From contig CAYMXP010000004.1 of the NCBI GenBank assembly GCA_964394425.1, forward strand, positions 15,874 to 79,873: a stretch of 64,000 nt of DNA. Reading direction: 5' to 3'. Below, in pieces: positions 23,301-33,231 of the stretch (its first letter is position 1; every line of letters starts with the position of its first letter). Both the position numbers and the translations under genes were made by a program. The notes under the pieces are model-generated. The model did no database searches and had not been told where the DNA came from. It saw only the letters and a list, made by a program, of their open reading frames with translations. Origin of the DNA: an uncultured Chryseobacterium sp. (GTDB lineage: Bacteria > Bacteroidota > Bacteroidia > Flavobacteriales_F > PHOS-HE28).

Positions 23301-24757
23301 GAGCGCGTGGTGATGTTCGTGATGCGGTACTGGTTCATCGTGAGCAGCGGCACCGTGCCTTCGATGTCGGCGACCATGGTCTTCATCGTACGGCCATGCG
23401 CCTTCATCCTCACATCGCACGCCAGCGGACCCACGTTCGGATCATCGAGCAGCCCGCCCAGCTCGAAGCCGTCGGTGGCCACCCGCCCGGTGAAGTGGAA
23501 GGTGCCGCTGGTGGTGTCGCGCTCATAGCTCATGTCGGTGCGCACCGTGCCCAGTCCGGTGGTGGCACGGCCATAGGCGGTGAAGGCATCGAGGAACCCG
23601 GTGAAATTGCCCGCGAAGGACATGGCGCCCAGGCGACCGACCTCGGCGGGCAGGGACAGGGTGTGCGGGCTGTCGAAGGGCGGCACGGGCAATGACCCGA
23701 GATCCACCGGATCGGTGCGCAGGTGCTCCACGTCCACCACGATGAAGGTGGTGGCGATCGCGGGCAGGCCGGTGAGCTGGGCATCGCCCTCGAACACCGA
23801 CGACTGCCCGAAGCGCACGCGCAGGTCCGATCCGCGCAGGTCGCCGATGGTGCCGCGGAAACGGCCGCTGGCGGTGATGGGCAGATCGATGCCGTGCAGG
23901 TCCGGCGCGAACAGGGCGATGTCGGAGAACTGCACGCGCGAGCTGTCCAGGTCCAGGCGCAGGTCCACGCTATCGGTGAAGGCGTCGTAGTCCTCCCATC
24001 CGTCGGTGCGGAAGGAAAGGTCGCCGCGCAGGTCGGTGCCGGGCGTGCGAAGCGTCAGCCCGTTGATGCGCAGTCCGCGCGGGCTTGCCACCGCGTGCCC
24101 CGCCAGCTGGTCCAGTCGCAACCCGCTGCGCTCGGAGAGCGAGACACCCTCCAAGGCGGTGGCGATCGAATCGCCCATCACCACCAGCCGGTGCGCCACC
24201 ACGCTCACCCGCCTGGCATCCACATGGTCGAAGTCCACCCCATGCGGCATCGCCGGCACGTTGCCATCGTGGTAGCTGAAGTGCAGGCCCGCGACCTTCA
24301 CTTGGCCACTGGTGATGGACCACGGGGCTGCCGCCGCATCGGCCGGTCCCGAGGCGAGCCGGTCAAGCAGTTGGGTGAGGTTGCTGGTGCTGTCCCCTTC
24401 GGCCTTCGCCAGCCTGAAGCGCGCATCGGTGAGGGCCAGGGAGCGCGCCCGGATGCTGCGGCTCCTCAACTCGATGCGAAGGCCGTTCACCTTCACGTTG
24501 TCGGCCCAGATCAACGTATCGCCGCGCAGGTCGGCGAGGAAAACCCCACGCAGGCCGACCGGCGCGAAGGGCCGGATGGCCACGCGGTCGATCGACAGCA
24601 CGATGCCCGCCTCGTCGCGCAGCCGCTGGCCGACCTGACGGGCGATCCATGTCTGGACCCACGGGAACAGCAGCGCGATCGAAACGAAGAGCGCGAGGAG
24701 GAACAGGGTCAAGGCACCCCATCCCGCCCACCGCAGCAGGCGCCACCCCGTTCGCAT
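20336..24757 (-). CDS. tamB: translocation and assembly module TamB-like protein (DUF490-type C-terminus)
   Basis: 1473 aa with a single N-terminal TM anchor (WGALTLFLLALFVSIALLF). Long beta-rich body, and a C-terminal region typical of the TamB/AsmA-like family. Confidence 0.8.
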   Translation of the reverse strand: MRTGWRLLRWAGWGALTLFLLALFVSIALLFPWVQTWIARQVGQRLRDEAGIVLSIDRVAIRPFAPVGLRGVFLADLRGDTLIWADNVKVNGLRIELRSRSIRARSLALTDARFRLAKAEGDSTSNLTQLLDRLASGPADAAAAPWSITSGQVKVAGLHFSYHDGNVPAMPHGVDFDHVDARRVSVVAHRLVVMGDSIATALEGVSLSERSGLRLDQLAGHAVASPRGLRINGLTLRTPGTDLRGDLSFRTDGWEDYDAFTDSVDLRLDLDSSRVQFSDIALFAPDLHGIDLPITASGRFRGTIGDLRGSDLRVRFGQSSVFEGDAQLTGLPAIATTFIVVDVEHLRTDPVDLGSLPVPPFDSPHTLSLPAEVGRLGAMSFAGNFTGFLDAFTAYGRATTGLGTVRTDMSYERDTTSGTFHFTGRVATDGFELGGLLDDPNVGPLACDVRMKAHGRTMKTMVADIEGTVPLLTMNQYRITNITTRSRIDRDHFNGELSCRDPSLILDLSGMADRSGRWPRVDLTANIQHADLVALNLLDTTGYSALSVIVKAQGELAPDSLKGTLLLDDISYCDERGEHDFGDIHLRSSRAGGEPLMELRSSMADLDVRGPFLPTRLPEALRSVVFSVFPSLKEQVTYAHEEQRFDLDLELKDLDPVLAMFAPELDVAPGATASGYFDSRTFDLGLAAFLPHVAYGGASADSVSVIADKTMDVLAFSFRSEQQALNDSTYISDIDITGKAYQDEVELSVGWGGSSLGTEGELRLQAQVNGPRSIEVDLLPSTLFFGRGAWSNPQPAHLAWDSTCIRVDSLALWNGDQRVLLDGHIGRDPHHALAFDLSGVRLENLAPFLGGPDLHGSLDGDGRLFDLLHEPYMISYLCLDSLAIKNEPVGDLRFAATWNEADDFVDLNGTLQRGVLKALDFTGRFAPGNEEELAVRLLFDRFDLAFVEPYLPEGISDIQGRVTGAVDITGRLEKPLMNGAVDLEDAGLRIDYLNTRYTFTHRVNILPDMFTLDLVRLQDEDGHTATAVGTIMHDGLADWNFDVALDMEHFMCLNTSPLDNELYYGKAFATGAMQVSGFADNIEVNVDARTEPGTELHFPLGGSSEISDIDFVRFINTGQGIDSIERAVDLTGVLLDMDVEVTPEARFELIFDPTVGDILRGSGRGDIRMRVTPSGDFTMRGGLGVTEGDYLFTLRNVVNKRFQIDPGGTITWYGDPFNAMLDLNAVYRLRASLYDIMREKNEAYKKRVPVDVVMHLGQALMNPDIAFEVRMPTVDESVRAEVSSVLSTEQERNRQVFALIMFNHFLPPPGSSETASANVAGTTLAEFASNQLSNWADQINENLDLGVSYRPGDAVTQEEWEVMAGAQILNDRLLLSTNLGVQTGSSTSQQANTLVGDFQAEYLLTEEGKLRLKAFNRSNDENLNDADQAPYTQGVGVIYRAEFNSLWQWLTGREKRKKPVVKAPADGDAGSSR

Positions 24758-24863
24758 CCAGCGACCCTGGTTCAGGCGGACTTTAGTTTAGCGCGCGTGA
24801 CATCCAACACCATGCCCCCGGGGCCTAACGGCACCGGTGAGGCCGAAGTTATCCGCGTGATCC

Positions 24864-25892
24864 ATGCCTGAACGGAAGCCCGTGGTCGTGCTGGGCATCG
24901 AAAGCTCGTGCGATGAAACGGCCGCTGCCGTGCTGGAGGACGGCCGGGTGCGCAGCAACGTGATCGCCGGCCAGGAGGTGCATCGCACCTGGGGGGGCGT
25001 GGTGCCCGAGCTGGCCTCGCGCGCGCATCAGGAACACATCGTGCCGGTGGTCGATGCGGCGCTCAAGCAGGCCCGCCTGGATCCGCGCGATCTCACGGCC
25101 ATCGCCTTCACGCGCGGGCCGGGCCTGATCGGCGCGCTGCACGTGGGCGCGGCCTTCGCGCGCTCCATGGCGCAGGCGCTGGACCTGCCGCTGATCGCCG
25201 TGGATCACGTGCGGGCGCATGCGCTGGCGCATTTCATCCGCGATGAACGCGGGCTTCCGCCGCCCGCCTTTCCGTTCATCAACCTCACCGCCAGCGGCGG
25301 CCACACCCAGCTGGTGCTGGTGCGCTCGGCGCTGGACCTGGAGGTGATCGGCGCCACGCTGGACGATGCCGCCGGTGAAGCCTTCGACAAGGGCGCGAAG
25401 ATCCTCGGCCTCCCCTACCCCGGCGGGCCGCTGATCGACCGGTGCGCACGCGACGGGGATCCGCACCGGTACGCCGCGCCCGTTCCCACCGTGCGCGGGC
25501 TCGACATGAGCTTCAGCGGCATCAAGACCTGGTTCCGCGACCTGGTGATGAAAGGCGAGGCCGGGGAGCCGGGCTTCACCGTGCGCGAGCGCGCCCACCT
25601 CTGCGCTTCGCTGCAGCAGGCGATCAACGACGTGCTGATCGGACGGTTGAAGAAAGCCGCTCAGGCCCGGGGCATCGCCTCGCTGGGGATCTCCGGCGGC
25701 GTATCGGCCAACAGCGCCCTGCGCGAACGGCTGCTGGACCTGTGCGAACGCAACGGCTGGCGGGCGCACATCCCGCCGGTGGAGTACTGCACCGACAACG
25801 CCGCCATGATCGCGATGGCGGGCCATGTGCTCTTCGAGGCCGGCGTGCGGGCGGGACCGGATGCCGCGCCCTACGCCCGCGCGCGGCCGTGA
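24864..25892 (+). CDS. tsaD: tRNA N6-adenosine threonylcarbamoyltransferase
   Basis: VLGIESSCDETAAAV, HIVPVV, GGHT and GISGGVSAN motifs of Kae1/TsaD. Confidence 0.95.
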   Translation: MPERKPVVVLGIESSCDETAAAVLEDGRVRSNVIAGQEVHRTWGGVVPELASRAHQEHIVPVVDAALKQARLDPRDLTAIAFTRGPGLIGALHVGAAFARSMAQALDLPLIAVDHVRAHALAHFIRDERGLPPPAFPFINLTASGGHTQLVLVRSALDLEVIGATLDDAAGEAFDKGAKILGLPYPGGPLIDRCARDGDPHRYAAPVPTVRGLDMSFSGIKTWFRDLVMKGEAGEPGFTVRERAHLCASLQQAINDVLIGRLKKAAQARGIASLGISGGVSANSALRERLLDLCERNGWRAHIPPVEYCTDNAAMIAMAGHVLFEAGVRAGPDAAPYARARP

Positions 25893-25951
25893 GACCGGAA
25901 CACGCCGGCCATCGAACGGCGCCCATCCCATGCGCCTACATTCGCGAGCGG

Positions 25952-26899
25952 ATGACGGTCCGTTCCGCGATCTTCCTTCATTCCATCGTTCTGCTCACCG
26001 GATCGGCGCGCGCGCAGGACGCCGCGGGCCTGATCGCACGGGGCGATAGCCTGCTGCTGGCCGGGCAGGTGCAGCAGGCGCTCACCAGCTACGACATCGC
26101 CGTGGAGATCAGCCCCGACGCGCGCAGCCGCGTGGCCCGGGCCCGGGCGCTGTACCTGCTCGATCATATGGACGCCTTCATCCTGGAGGTGGAGCATGCC
26201 CTGCGGCTCGACAGCACGAACGCCGAGGCGCACTACCAGCGCGCGTTGTACGCCATGCGCGGCCAGGACCACCGCCGCGTGGAAAGGGAATGCACTTCGG
26301 CGCTGGCGCATGGAGCGTCCGATCCATTGCGCCGCGAGGTGCTGCTGCTGCGGGGAGAGGCCCGCGCCGCCCTGGGTCGCAACGCCGAGGCCCTGCGCGA
26401 CCTGGAGGAAGGAATGACCGCCGACACGCGCGATACCGAGGCGCTGGCCATCTTCTCCCGCCTGCTGGACGCGAACGGCCGGCACGAGGAGTCGCTGGCC
26501 ATCCTGCAACGCCTCTGCGAGCTGGAACCCAAGGAAGTGGGCCATTGGATCAACCGCGGGTTCGAGCTGGCGGCGCTGGGAAGGCATCAGGAAGCCATCG
26601 CCATGTACGATGCCGCGCTGGCGCTGGACAAGGACGAACCGGTGGCGCTGAGCGACCGCGCGCATTCGCTCATGCAGCTGGGTCGCGATGCGGAGGCGTT
26701 GAAGAACGTGGAGCGCAGCCTGCGCTTCTATCCCGCGAACGCCTTCGCGCTGCGCACGCGTGGAGCACTGTTGCTGAAAAAAGGCGAACGCGAAAAAGCC
26801 TGCGCCGACCTGAACCTGGCCCGGGTGCTGGGCGGCGTGGACGACGTGGATGCGATGATCCGCGAGCACTGCGGCGGCCCCGCCACCGGGCGCCCCTGA
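25952..26899 (+). CDS. TPR repeat protein with signal peptide
   Basis: Start at the internal ATG (MTVRSAIFLHSIVLLTGSARAQD). Multiple 34-aa TPR-like units follow (ALTSYDIAVEISPD..., AHYQRALYAMRGQD..., AIAMYDAALALDKDEP...). Confidence 0.8.
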   Translation: MTVRSAIFLHSIVLLTGSARAQDAAGLIARGDSLLLAGQVQQALTSYDIAVEISPDARSRVARARALYLLDHMDAFILEVEHALRLDSTNAEAHYQRALYAMRGQDHRRVERECTSALAHGASDPLRREVLLLRGEARAALGRNAEALRDLEEGMTADTRDTEALAIFSRLLDANGRHEESLAILQRLCELEPKEVGHWINRGFELAALGRHQEAIAMYDAALALDKDEPVALSDRAHSLMQLGRDAEALKNVERSLRFYPANAFALRTRGALLLKKGEREKACADLNLARVLGGVDDVDAMIREHCGGPATGRP

Positions 26900-29275
26900 T
26901 CATTCCACCACCAGGGGGAGGATCCGCGATCCGCGATCCGTGCCTGTCATCCTCACCGAATAGACACCTGCGGGCAGCCGGATCGAGGCGTTCCAGGCGG
27001 GACCCATGACGACCGTACCGGGCATCACCACGCGCCCCGTGGCATCGAACACCTCGATGGTGCGCTCGCCGGCGTCATCCCATTGCAGCGTGAACGAACC
27101 GTCGTTCGGGTTGGGCCGGATCTGGAGCGCATCGCGCAGCGGCCGCTCGTCAACGCCGATGCCACCATGCTCGATCACCTCGAACACGTCCAGGCCGCCC
27201 TCCACCAGGTTGCCCCCGTCGGCATCGGCGATCGAGACGATGAAGTGCATGTCGCTGGAGAGGCTCACCAGGTCGAGCACGCGCGCGGAGTCCGTGTTCC
27301 ATTGCGACATGGCCGCGGTGGCCTCGATGAAGGCGTCGATCTCCACCTCCTGGACCCCGTTGTCGATCAACAGCCGCAGCGTGTCGTTGGGATCATCGAA
27401 GCCGCTGGCGTTGTAGAACCACCAGCGGTAGTGCAGGTAGGGATCGATCATGGTGGAAAGGTCGAACGATGGCGAGGTGAGCGTGGTGGCGCCGTCGTCC
27501 ACGTCGTCGTTGCCCGCGCCGCCTCCGCCATTGCCGGTGATGTAGGCCTGATCGCCGCAGTCATCGGCCGCGTCAACGTCCGGATTGCTTTCATCGGGAC
27601 CGTTCGTGGTGCCCACGGGCTCCGCGCGCTCCCAATGGCCGGTGCTGGCCGCGGACTGCACCGTCCAGTTGAAGTCGAGGATGAAGTCGTCGTAATAGCC
27701 GGGATCCAGTTCGATCACCAGGGGCGGGGTGCCATCCTGGATCAAGGCGCTGGTGGAGCAGTTGGTGCGCCAGCCCCACTGCCCCGCCAGGATGTCGTAG
27801 GTGTCCTCGAAGATGGCGGGCAGCGAAAAGTTGCCGTTCACGTCGCAGGCGGTGTTCCAGGTGTAGGTGCCGCTGGTGAGCTGGACCTGCGCTCCCGGAA
27901 CGCCGTTGCCCGAGAGCGCGTCCACCACCTGGCCGCTCCAGGCGAAGGACGTGAGCGGTTGCAGCTGCACGTCCAGCACGGTGACCACGCCGTTGTCGAG
28001 CACCACGCCGGTGACGGTCTGGCTGATGTATCCGGGCGCGACGAAGGATACGTCGTAGGTGCCGGCGGCATGGTAGCCGGTGGCATACTGGCCGTCGACC
28101 GCCGTTTGATCCACCATGTCGGGACCGAGCAGGGTGACGGTGGCGCCGCTGATCGGCGAGGTGGTCACCGCATCGGTCACGGTGCCCTCGAGCCAGCATG
28201 CGTGAACGTAGTCCGGCGCGATGATCCACAGGCCGGTCTCGATGTCGCTCACCAGGAGGTTGCCCGATGGCAGGAAGCAATAGACGCCCCAGGCCCCGGC
28301 GAAACCTCCTCCGCTGAAGGGCGAGGTGTCGTAGTTGCCCGTCTCGATCATGTTGTCGGGGTGGGTCACGTCGTACACCGCCACGCCGTAGGTGTAATAG
28401 CTGGTCACCAGGAAATCGTTGAGCCAGTAGGTGTTGTGGGGGATGGTGTTGGTGCCGGGCACGCTCTGCAACTGGTCGATCCACTGGATGTCGGTGGGAT
28501 CGCTCACGTCGTAGCTGCCCACGAAGGCGCCGTCCACTTCGTCGGTGGTGAAGAGGTGGTCGCCGCTGTCGTCCAGCCAGGTGTTGTGGGTGAAGGTGCT
28601 CGGGGTGCTCTGCGTGCCGAGGATCACCGGGTTGGCCGGATCGCTCACGTCCACGATGCTGAAGAAGCCGTCGTAGATGTGCGCGGCATACAGGGTGTCG
28701 CCGCGCGCGAAGCTGTCGTGGCAGTACCAGGGGTCGAAGTCGCCCACTTCCACCGGATCCATGGGGTCGATGGTCAGGTCGTACATGATCACTCCGCCAT
28801 TGCCGCGGTTGGCCCCGTGGATGTAAAGCCGGCCGTTCTCGTCGATGAACAGGGAATGCGACGTGTCCCAGGTGGGATCCACGTACAGCACGGTGGGCAG
28901 CACGGTGGAAGCCGGCAGGGGACTGAGGTCGATGATGGTGAGCCCGTGCTCGGCTTCGGTGGTGATGTAGGCATAGTCGCCCCAGGTCTTCACTTCGCGC
29001 CAGGTGCTCTGCGGACCGGGGGTGAAGAAGACCTCCACCGGGTTGGCCGGGTCGGTCACGTTCACCACGCTCACCCCGCCCGGGTTCAGGCCCCCATCAC
29101 CGTTCACGCCGACGATGGCGTATTCGTTCCCCTGCTCGTCGGTGTATCCCCATAGGTTGCTGAGGTCGCTGTTGTGCAGCGCCTGGTAGTCCAGGTTGCC
29201 CAGCAGGGTCATGTTCAGTTGCGCGATGGCGGAGGTGCCGATCAACACGGCGGCGATGGAGGCGAACGGCTTCAT
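26900..29275 (-). CDS. secreted LVIVD-repeat / choice-of-anchor-B-like beta-propeller protein with CarboxypepD_reg-like domains and a T9SS C-terminal sorting domain
   Basis: Signal peptide MKPFASIAAVLIGTSAIAQ, then NLWGYTDEQGNEYAIVGV...VSVVNVTDPANP and YAYITTEAEHGLTIIDLS repeats. C-terminal ~75 aa (IRPNPNDGSFTLQW...VYSVRM...LPLVVE) resemble a type-A T9SS CTD. Confidence 0.8.
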   Translation of the reverse strand: MKPFASIAAVLIGTSAIAQLNMTLLGNLDYQALHNSDLSNLWGYTDEQGNEYAIVGVNGDGGLNPGGVSVVNVTDPANPVEVFFTPGPQSTWREVKTWGDYAYITTEAEHGLTIIDLSPLPASTVLPTVLYVDPTWDTSHSLFIDENGRLYIHGANRGNGGVIMYDLTIDPMDPVEVGDFDPWYCHDSFARGDTLYAAHIYDGFFSIVDVSDPANPVILGTQSTPSTFTHNTWLDDSGDHLFTTDEVDGAFVGSYDVSDPTDIQWIDQLQSVPGTNTIPHNTYWLNDFLVTSYYTYGVAVYDVTHPDNMIETGNYDTSPFSGGGFAGAWGVYCFLPSGNLLVSDIETGLWIIAPDYVHACWLEGTVTDAVTTSPISGATVTLLGPDMVDQTAVDGQYATGYHAAGTYDVSFVAPGYISQTVTGVVLDNGVVTVLDVQLQPLTSFAWSGQVVDALSGNGVPGAQVQLTSGTYTWNTACDVNGNFSLPAIFEDTYDILAGQWGWRTNCSTSALIQDGTPPLVIELDPGYYDDFILDFNWTVQSAASTGHWERAEPVGTTNGPDESNPDVDAADDCGDQAYITGNGGGGAGNDDVDDGATTLTSPSFDLSTMIDPYLHYRWWFYNASGFDDPNDTLRLLIDNGVQEVEIDAFIEATAAMSQWNTDSARVLDLVSLSSDMHFIVSIADADGGNLVEGGLDVFEVIEHGGIGVDERPLRDALQIRPNPNDGSFTLQWDDAGERTIEVFDATGRVVMPGTVVMGPAWNASIRLPAGVYSVRMTGTDRGSRILPLVVE

Positions 29276-29429
29276 GGGTAGGGTGCCCGCGCTGGGCCGC
29301 GCAATGTAGAGCGCAGCGGGCAGCACCGCGCCAGCCGCCGGGCCATGCCCGGGATCCAAGTTCGGGGAGGCTGGGGATCGCGACCGGGGGCGTCACCAGG
29401 GGCCGGCCACCGCATCGGGCAGCCGCCGG

Positions 29430-30173
29430 TCAGTTCATCCCGCGTTCCCGCTGGATCCGCTCATAGGCTTCCTGGACCTTCTTGAACTTCTCCGCGGCGG
29501 CCTTCTGGAATTCCTCCCCGAGCGTGGACACCTTGTCCGGGTGATGCTTCATGGCCATGCGGCGGTAGGCGCGTTTCACTTCCTCGTTGGTGGCCTTGGG
29601 GTCGACCTCCAGGATCTTGTACGCGCTGCCGTGATCCACGCGCTGGAACATCGCGCCCATGCTCTCGAGGTCCTTTTCGCTCACCCCGAGATAAGCCGCG
29701 ATCCGGCGCACCATCTCGCGTTCGGCGGCATGCACCTCGTTGTCGGCCTGGGCGATGCCGATGAGGTAATGGACCAGTTGCAGCCGCAGGGGATGCGGCG
29801 CGTACTGGCGGATCTGGTCGCACACCTGCCCGACGGGGATCTCGCGCTTGAGCACGTCGCGCAACACCAGCAGCAGTTCCCTCGCGCGCGCCTCGCCGAA
29901 CTGCCGGACGAAGAAGCGCCGCACGTAGTCCAGTTCACGCTGCGTGACGCGGCGATCGGCATTGAGCACCGCCGCCGTGAGCACCACCAGGCTCATGGCC
30001 ACGTCGCCGCCGGTGGTGGCGTGGGGCCGCCGACCGTGGGTCGGCGGGATGCGGCGCTCCTGCGTTCCGCGCATGCCGTCGATCATGGCGCCGAGCGCGA
30101 AGCCCACCAGCGCACCGATCGGACCGCCACCGGCCCAGCCCAGCGCCCCTCCGATCCATTTGCCGTAGCTCAT
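29430..30173 (-). CDS. DjlA-like co-chaperone (TerB-like domain + C-terminal J domain)
   Basis: Glycine-rich membrane-proximal N-terminus, a TerB-like middle region (LTAAVLNADRRVTQRELDYVRRFF), and a C-terminal J domain YKILEVDPKATNEEVKRAYRRMAMKHHPDK. Confidence 0.8.
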   Translation of the reverse strand: MSYGKWIGGALGWAGGGPIGALVGFALGAMIDGMRGTQERRIPPTHGRRPHATTGGDVAMSLVVLTAAVLNADRRVTQRELDYVRRFFVRQFGEARARELLLVLRDVLKREIPVGQVCDQIRQYAPHPLRLQLVHYLIGIAQADNEVHAAEREMVRRIAAYLGVSEKDLESMGAMFQRVDHGSAYKILEVDPKATNEEVKRAYRRMAMKHHPDKVSTLGEEFQKAAAEKFKKVQEAYERIQRERGMN

Positions 30174-30263
30174 CGATCGATCAACAATTGGTCCATGGCG
30201 TGAACGCCGGCCACGCGTCCCACCCTCCGCCCTCCTCTATTGGAACCCATCGTTCATCCTCCC

Positions 30264-31061
30264 TCACCACCTCCCTCCAGCTCCACCTCCACCTCCGAAG
30301 CCGCCGCCGAACCCACCGAACCCACCACCACCACCGCCGCCCCATCCACGTCCTCCTGTGAAGCCACCCCAGCCGCCCCGGTGTCTCCTGTTCATCTGGT
30401 TCATGAGGAACCAGGCCGCCCAGAAGTCGATGTTGTTCGTGCGGGCATAGCGCCGTGCGTTCCCGGCCCCGCCGATCACGATCAAAGCGACGATCGCGAT
30501 GACAATGAGCAGGATGTGCCATGGGAATTTTCCCTTGCCATAGCTCTTCGCATTGAATTCGCCTCTGGCCAGCGCCATCAGCATGTCGGTGGCCCGGTCC
30601 AATCCATTGAAATGGTTGCCTTCCCTGAAGCGCGGGATGATCTCGTTCTCGACGATCTGTTTGGCCGTGGCATCGGGGATCACGCCTTCCAGCCCGTAGC
30701 CGGTGGTGATGAAGATCTCACGCGAACCCGGCGGCCCCGTGGGCTTCACCAGGATCACGATGCCGTTGTCCTTTCCCTTCTGCCCGATGCCCCAGCTTTC
30801 AAGGATGGCGTGTGCCGCTGCATAGGGCGCGTCGCACAGGGTGTCCACCACCACGACGGCGATCTGGTTGCCGGTCTCGCGCGCGAAGTCCACCAGTTTG
30901 CGGTCGAGCCGTGCCGCATCCTCCGGCTTGAGAAAGGCGGTGAACTGATGCACCAGGTGGTCCTCGTCGGCCGGCCTGGGCGGAAGGCAATCGGCCTGGG
31001 CCCATGCGGCGCAAGACGCCACGAGCGAGGCCATGGTCGCGAGAAGCAGGGATCGGATCAT
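30264..31061 (-). CDS. TPM domain protein (YgcG-like) with TM segment and Gly-rich tail
   Basis: Signal peptide, TPM-type core (NQIAVVVVDTL...GVIPDATAKQIVENEIIPRF), a TM segment (ILLIVIAIVALIVIGGA) and a poly-Gly C-terminus. Confidence 0.8.
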   Translation of the reverse strand: MIRSLLLATMASLVASCAAWAQADCLPPRPADEDHLVHQFTAFLKPEDAARLDRKLVDFARETGNQIAVVVVDTLCDAPYAAAHAILESWGIGQKGKDNGIVILVKPTGPPGSREIFITTGYGLEGVIPDATAKQIVENEIIPRFREGNHFNGLDRATDMLMALARGEFNAKSYGKGKFPWHILLIVIAIVALIVIGGAGNARRYARTNNIDFWAAWFLMNQMNRRHRGGWGGFTGGRGWGGGGGGGFGGFGGGFGGGGGAGGRW

Positions 31062-31504
31062 GGGTCGATGCTGACCTCGTTGCTCAATTCGTCGCGGTCG
31101 TCGCGCCGGAAGGGGAAATGCGCGCGGAGCTTTTCGCCGACCCGCTCGATGGCCTCGACCAGTCCATCGGCATGGCGCCCCTGCCTGAAGCGTTCGATCA
31201 GGATGGCCAGCACCTCGTCCCAGAACCCCTGGTCCGCATGGGCGTTGATGCCGGCATCGCCGATCACGGCCACGCGATGGTCGGCGGCGCTCACGTAGAT
31301 CAGCACGCCGTTGCGCTCCCGCGTGCGGTCCATGTTCAACTCCCGGAAGATGAACGCCGCGTGGTCCAGCAGGTCATCCTCACACCGGTCCTCCAGATGC
31401 ACGCGGATCTCGCCGGAGGTGACGCGCTCGGCTGCGGCGATGGCCTGGCGCACGCGCCGTTGTTCATCCTCCGCGAGGAAATGCGCTGCGGCCCGGTCGA
31501 TCAC
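31058..31504 (-). CDS. TPM domain (DUF477-like) protein
   Basis: SGEIRVHLEDRC...NGVLIYVSAADHRVAVIGDAGI...FWDEV pattern. 4-nt overlaps with both neighbours in the LemA operon. Confidence 0.8.
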   Translation of the reverse strand: MIDRAAAHFLAEDEQRRVRQAIAAAERVTSGEIRVHLEDRCEDDLLDHAAFIFRELNMDRTRERNGVLIYVSAADHRVAVIGDAGINAHADQGFWDEVLAILIERFRQGRHADGLVEAIERVGEKLRAHFPFRRDDRDELSNEVSIDP

Positions 31505-32085
31505 TCGAATGAGATGTCCGGTGCCTTCTCCGTGCCTTCGGCGCCCTTGAAGAAGCCCTTCTCCTTGAAGCCGAACAGCCCTGCGAAGAGGTTGCCGGGG
31601 AAGGTGATGATCCTGCCGTTGTACGCGCCGACGGTTTCGTTGAACTTCCTGCGCTCCACGCCGATGCGGTTCTCCATCCCTTCATACTGCGCCTGGAACT
31701 CGCGGAAGGCGTCCACGGCCTTCAGGTCCGGATAGCGCTCCACGGTGACCAGCAGGCGCGAGAGGGCGCTGCTGAACTGCTCCTGCGCCTGCTGGAAGGC
31801 CTGGACGTTCTCGGGCGTGAGATCCTCCGCGCTGAGCTTGATCTGCGTGGCCTTGGCACGCGCCTCGATCACGTCGGTGAGGGTGCCGCGTTCGAAATCG
31901 GCCGCGCCCTTGACGATCTCCACCAGGTTCTTGGTCTTGTCGGCGCGCAGCTGGTAGGCGTTCTCCACCTGGCTCCACTGCTGGCTCACGGCCAGGTCGG
32001 CGCGTTTCACGCGGTTGAAGAAGAAGACGGCGTAGATGGCGGCGATGGCGATGACGCCGATGATGATCCAGGGGGTGCGTTTCAT
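31501..32085 (-). CDS. LemA family protein
   Basis: N-terminal TM segment, then QWSQVENAYQLRADKTKNLVEIV and ERYPDLKA motifs typical of LemA. Confidence 0.9.
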   Translation of the reverse strand: MKRTPWIIIGVIAIAAIYAVFFFNRVKRADLAVSQQWSQVENAYQLRADKTKNLVEIVKGAADFERGTLTDVIEARAKATQIKLSAEDLTPENVQAFQQAQEQFSSALSRLLVTVERYPDLKAVDAFREFQAQYEGMENRIGVERRKFNETVGAYNGRIITFPGNLFAGLFGFKEKGFFKGAEGTEKAPDISFE

Positions 32086-32205
32086 CGTGTGGGGTCGGGG
32101 GACGTTGGGATGCGACGGCGCAAAGATGCGCCCGCCGCGCGGATCCCCGCGCGCCGGTGGATGAGCGGTCGGGCGGGCCCATGGAGCGCCGCGTGGATCC
32201 GAAGG

Positions 32206-33129
32206 CTATCGGAAGATGGCGGTGGCGGGGGCGCCGGAGGCATCCATGCTTCCGCGGTACATGCCCGGGCAGTTGAAGTCAAGGACCACGCTGCCGGCCC
32301 GGTCCATGGCGATCAGGCCGCCCTCGCCATCCAGCGGAGGGAGCTGGTCATGCACCACGATGCGCACGGCCTCCTCCAGCGGCAGGCCCTTGTGCATCAT
32401 CAGCGCATGCACCTCGTGGGCGGCCACCGCGCGCATGAAGGCCTCGCCATGACCCGTGCAGCTCACCGCGCAGCTCAGGTCGTTGGCGTAGGTGCCGGCG
32501 CCGATGATCGGGCTGTCGCCGATGCGGTGCCAGTGCTTGTTGGTCATGCCGCCGGTGCTGGTGGCCGCGGCCAGATGCCCGTTCGCATCGAGCGCCACGG
32601 CGCCCACCGTGCCGAATTTCCTTTCCGCGTCGTGGTCCAGCGCGGTGCGTTCGCCCCCGCGCAGTTTCTCCCACTGGTCGTAGCGGTGCTGGTCGAAGAA
32701 ATACTGGTCATCCTCCAGGTCGATCTTGTTGCGGTGGGCGAACTCGAAGGCGCCCATGCCGCTCAGCAGCACGTGCGGGCTCTTGTCCATCACGCGGCGG
32801 GCGAGGGTCACGGGGTTCTTCACGTTCTGCACGCACGTGACCGCTCCCGCGTCCAGCGTTGCGCCATCCATGATCGAGGCGTCCATCTCATGTTGGCCAT
32901 CGGCGTTGTACACCGAGCCGCGCCCGGCGTTGAACAGCGGGCAGTCTTCCAGCGACCGCACGGCGGCTTCCACCGCGTCGAGCGCCGTACCGCCTTCCTT
33001 CAGGACCACGTGGCCGCGTCGCAGGGCGTTCTCCAGCGCGTCGCGATGGGCTTTCTCCCGCCCCGGGGTCATCTCGGCCTTCGCGATCGTACCCGCCCCG
33101 CCATGCACGGCGATCCCCCACGTGTTCAT
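32206..33129 (-). CDS. isoaspartyl peptidase / L-asparaginase (Ntn hydrolase)
   Basis: IAVHGGAG at the N-terminus. Autoprocessing site FGTVGAVALD. HRIGDSPIIGAG and TGHGE motifs. Confidence 0.9.
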   Translation of the reverse strand: MNTWGIAVHGGAGTIAKAEMTPGREKAHRDALENALRRGHVVLKEGGTALDAVEAAVRSLEDCPLFNAGRGSVYNADGQHEMDASIMDGATLDAGAVTCVQNVKNPVTLARRVMDKSPHVLLSGMGAFEFAHRNKIDLEDDQYFFDQHRYDQWEKLRGGERTALDHDAERKFGTVGAVALDANGHLAAATSTGGMTNKHWHRIGDSPIIGAGTYANDLSCAVSCTGHGEAFMRAVAAHEVHALMMHKGLPLEEAVRIVVHDQLPPLDGEGGLIAMDRAGSVVLDFNCPGMYRGSMDASGAPATAIFR

Positions 33130-33231
33130 CCCGATGCTGCTTGTGCGCGGCGAAAGTAGACCGTGCATCATGGTGGAAATAACAGCGGCCCGGTGACTTC
33201 CACCGGGCCGCTGTTCAAGGCACCGGCACGA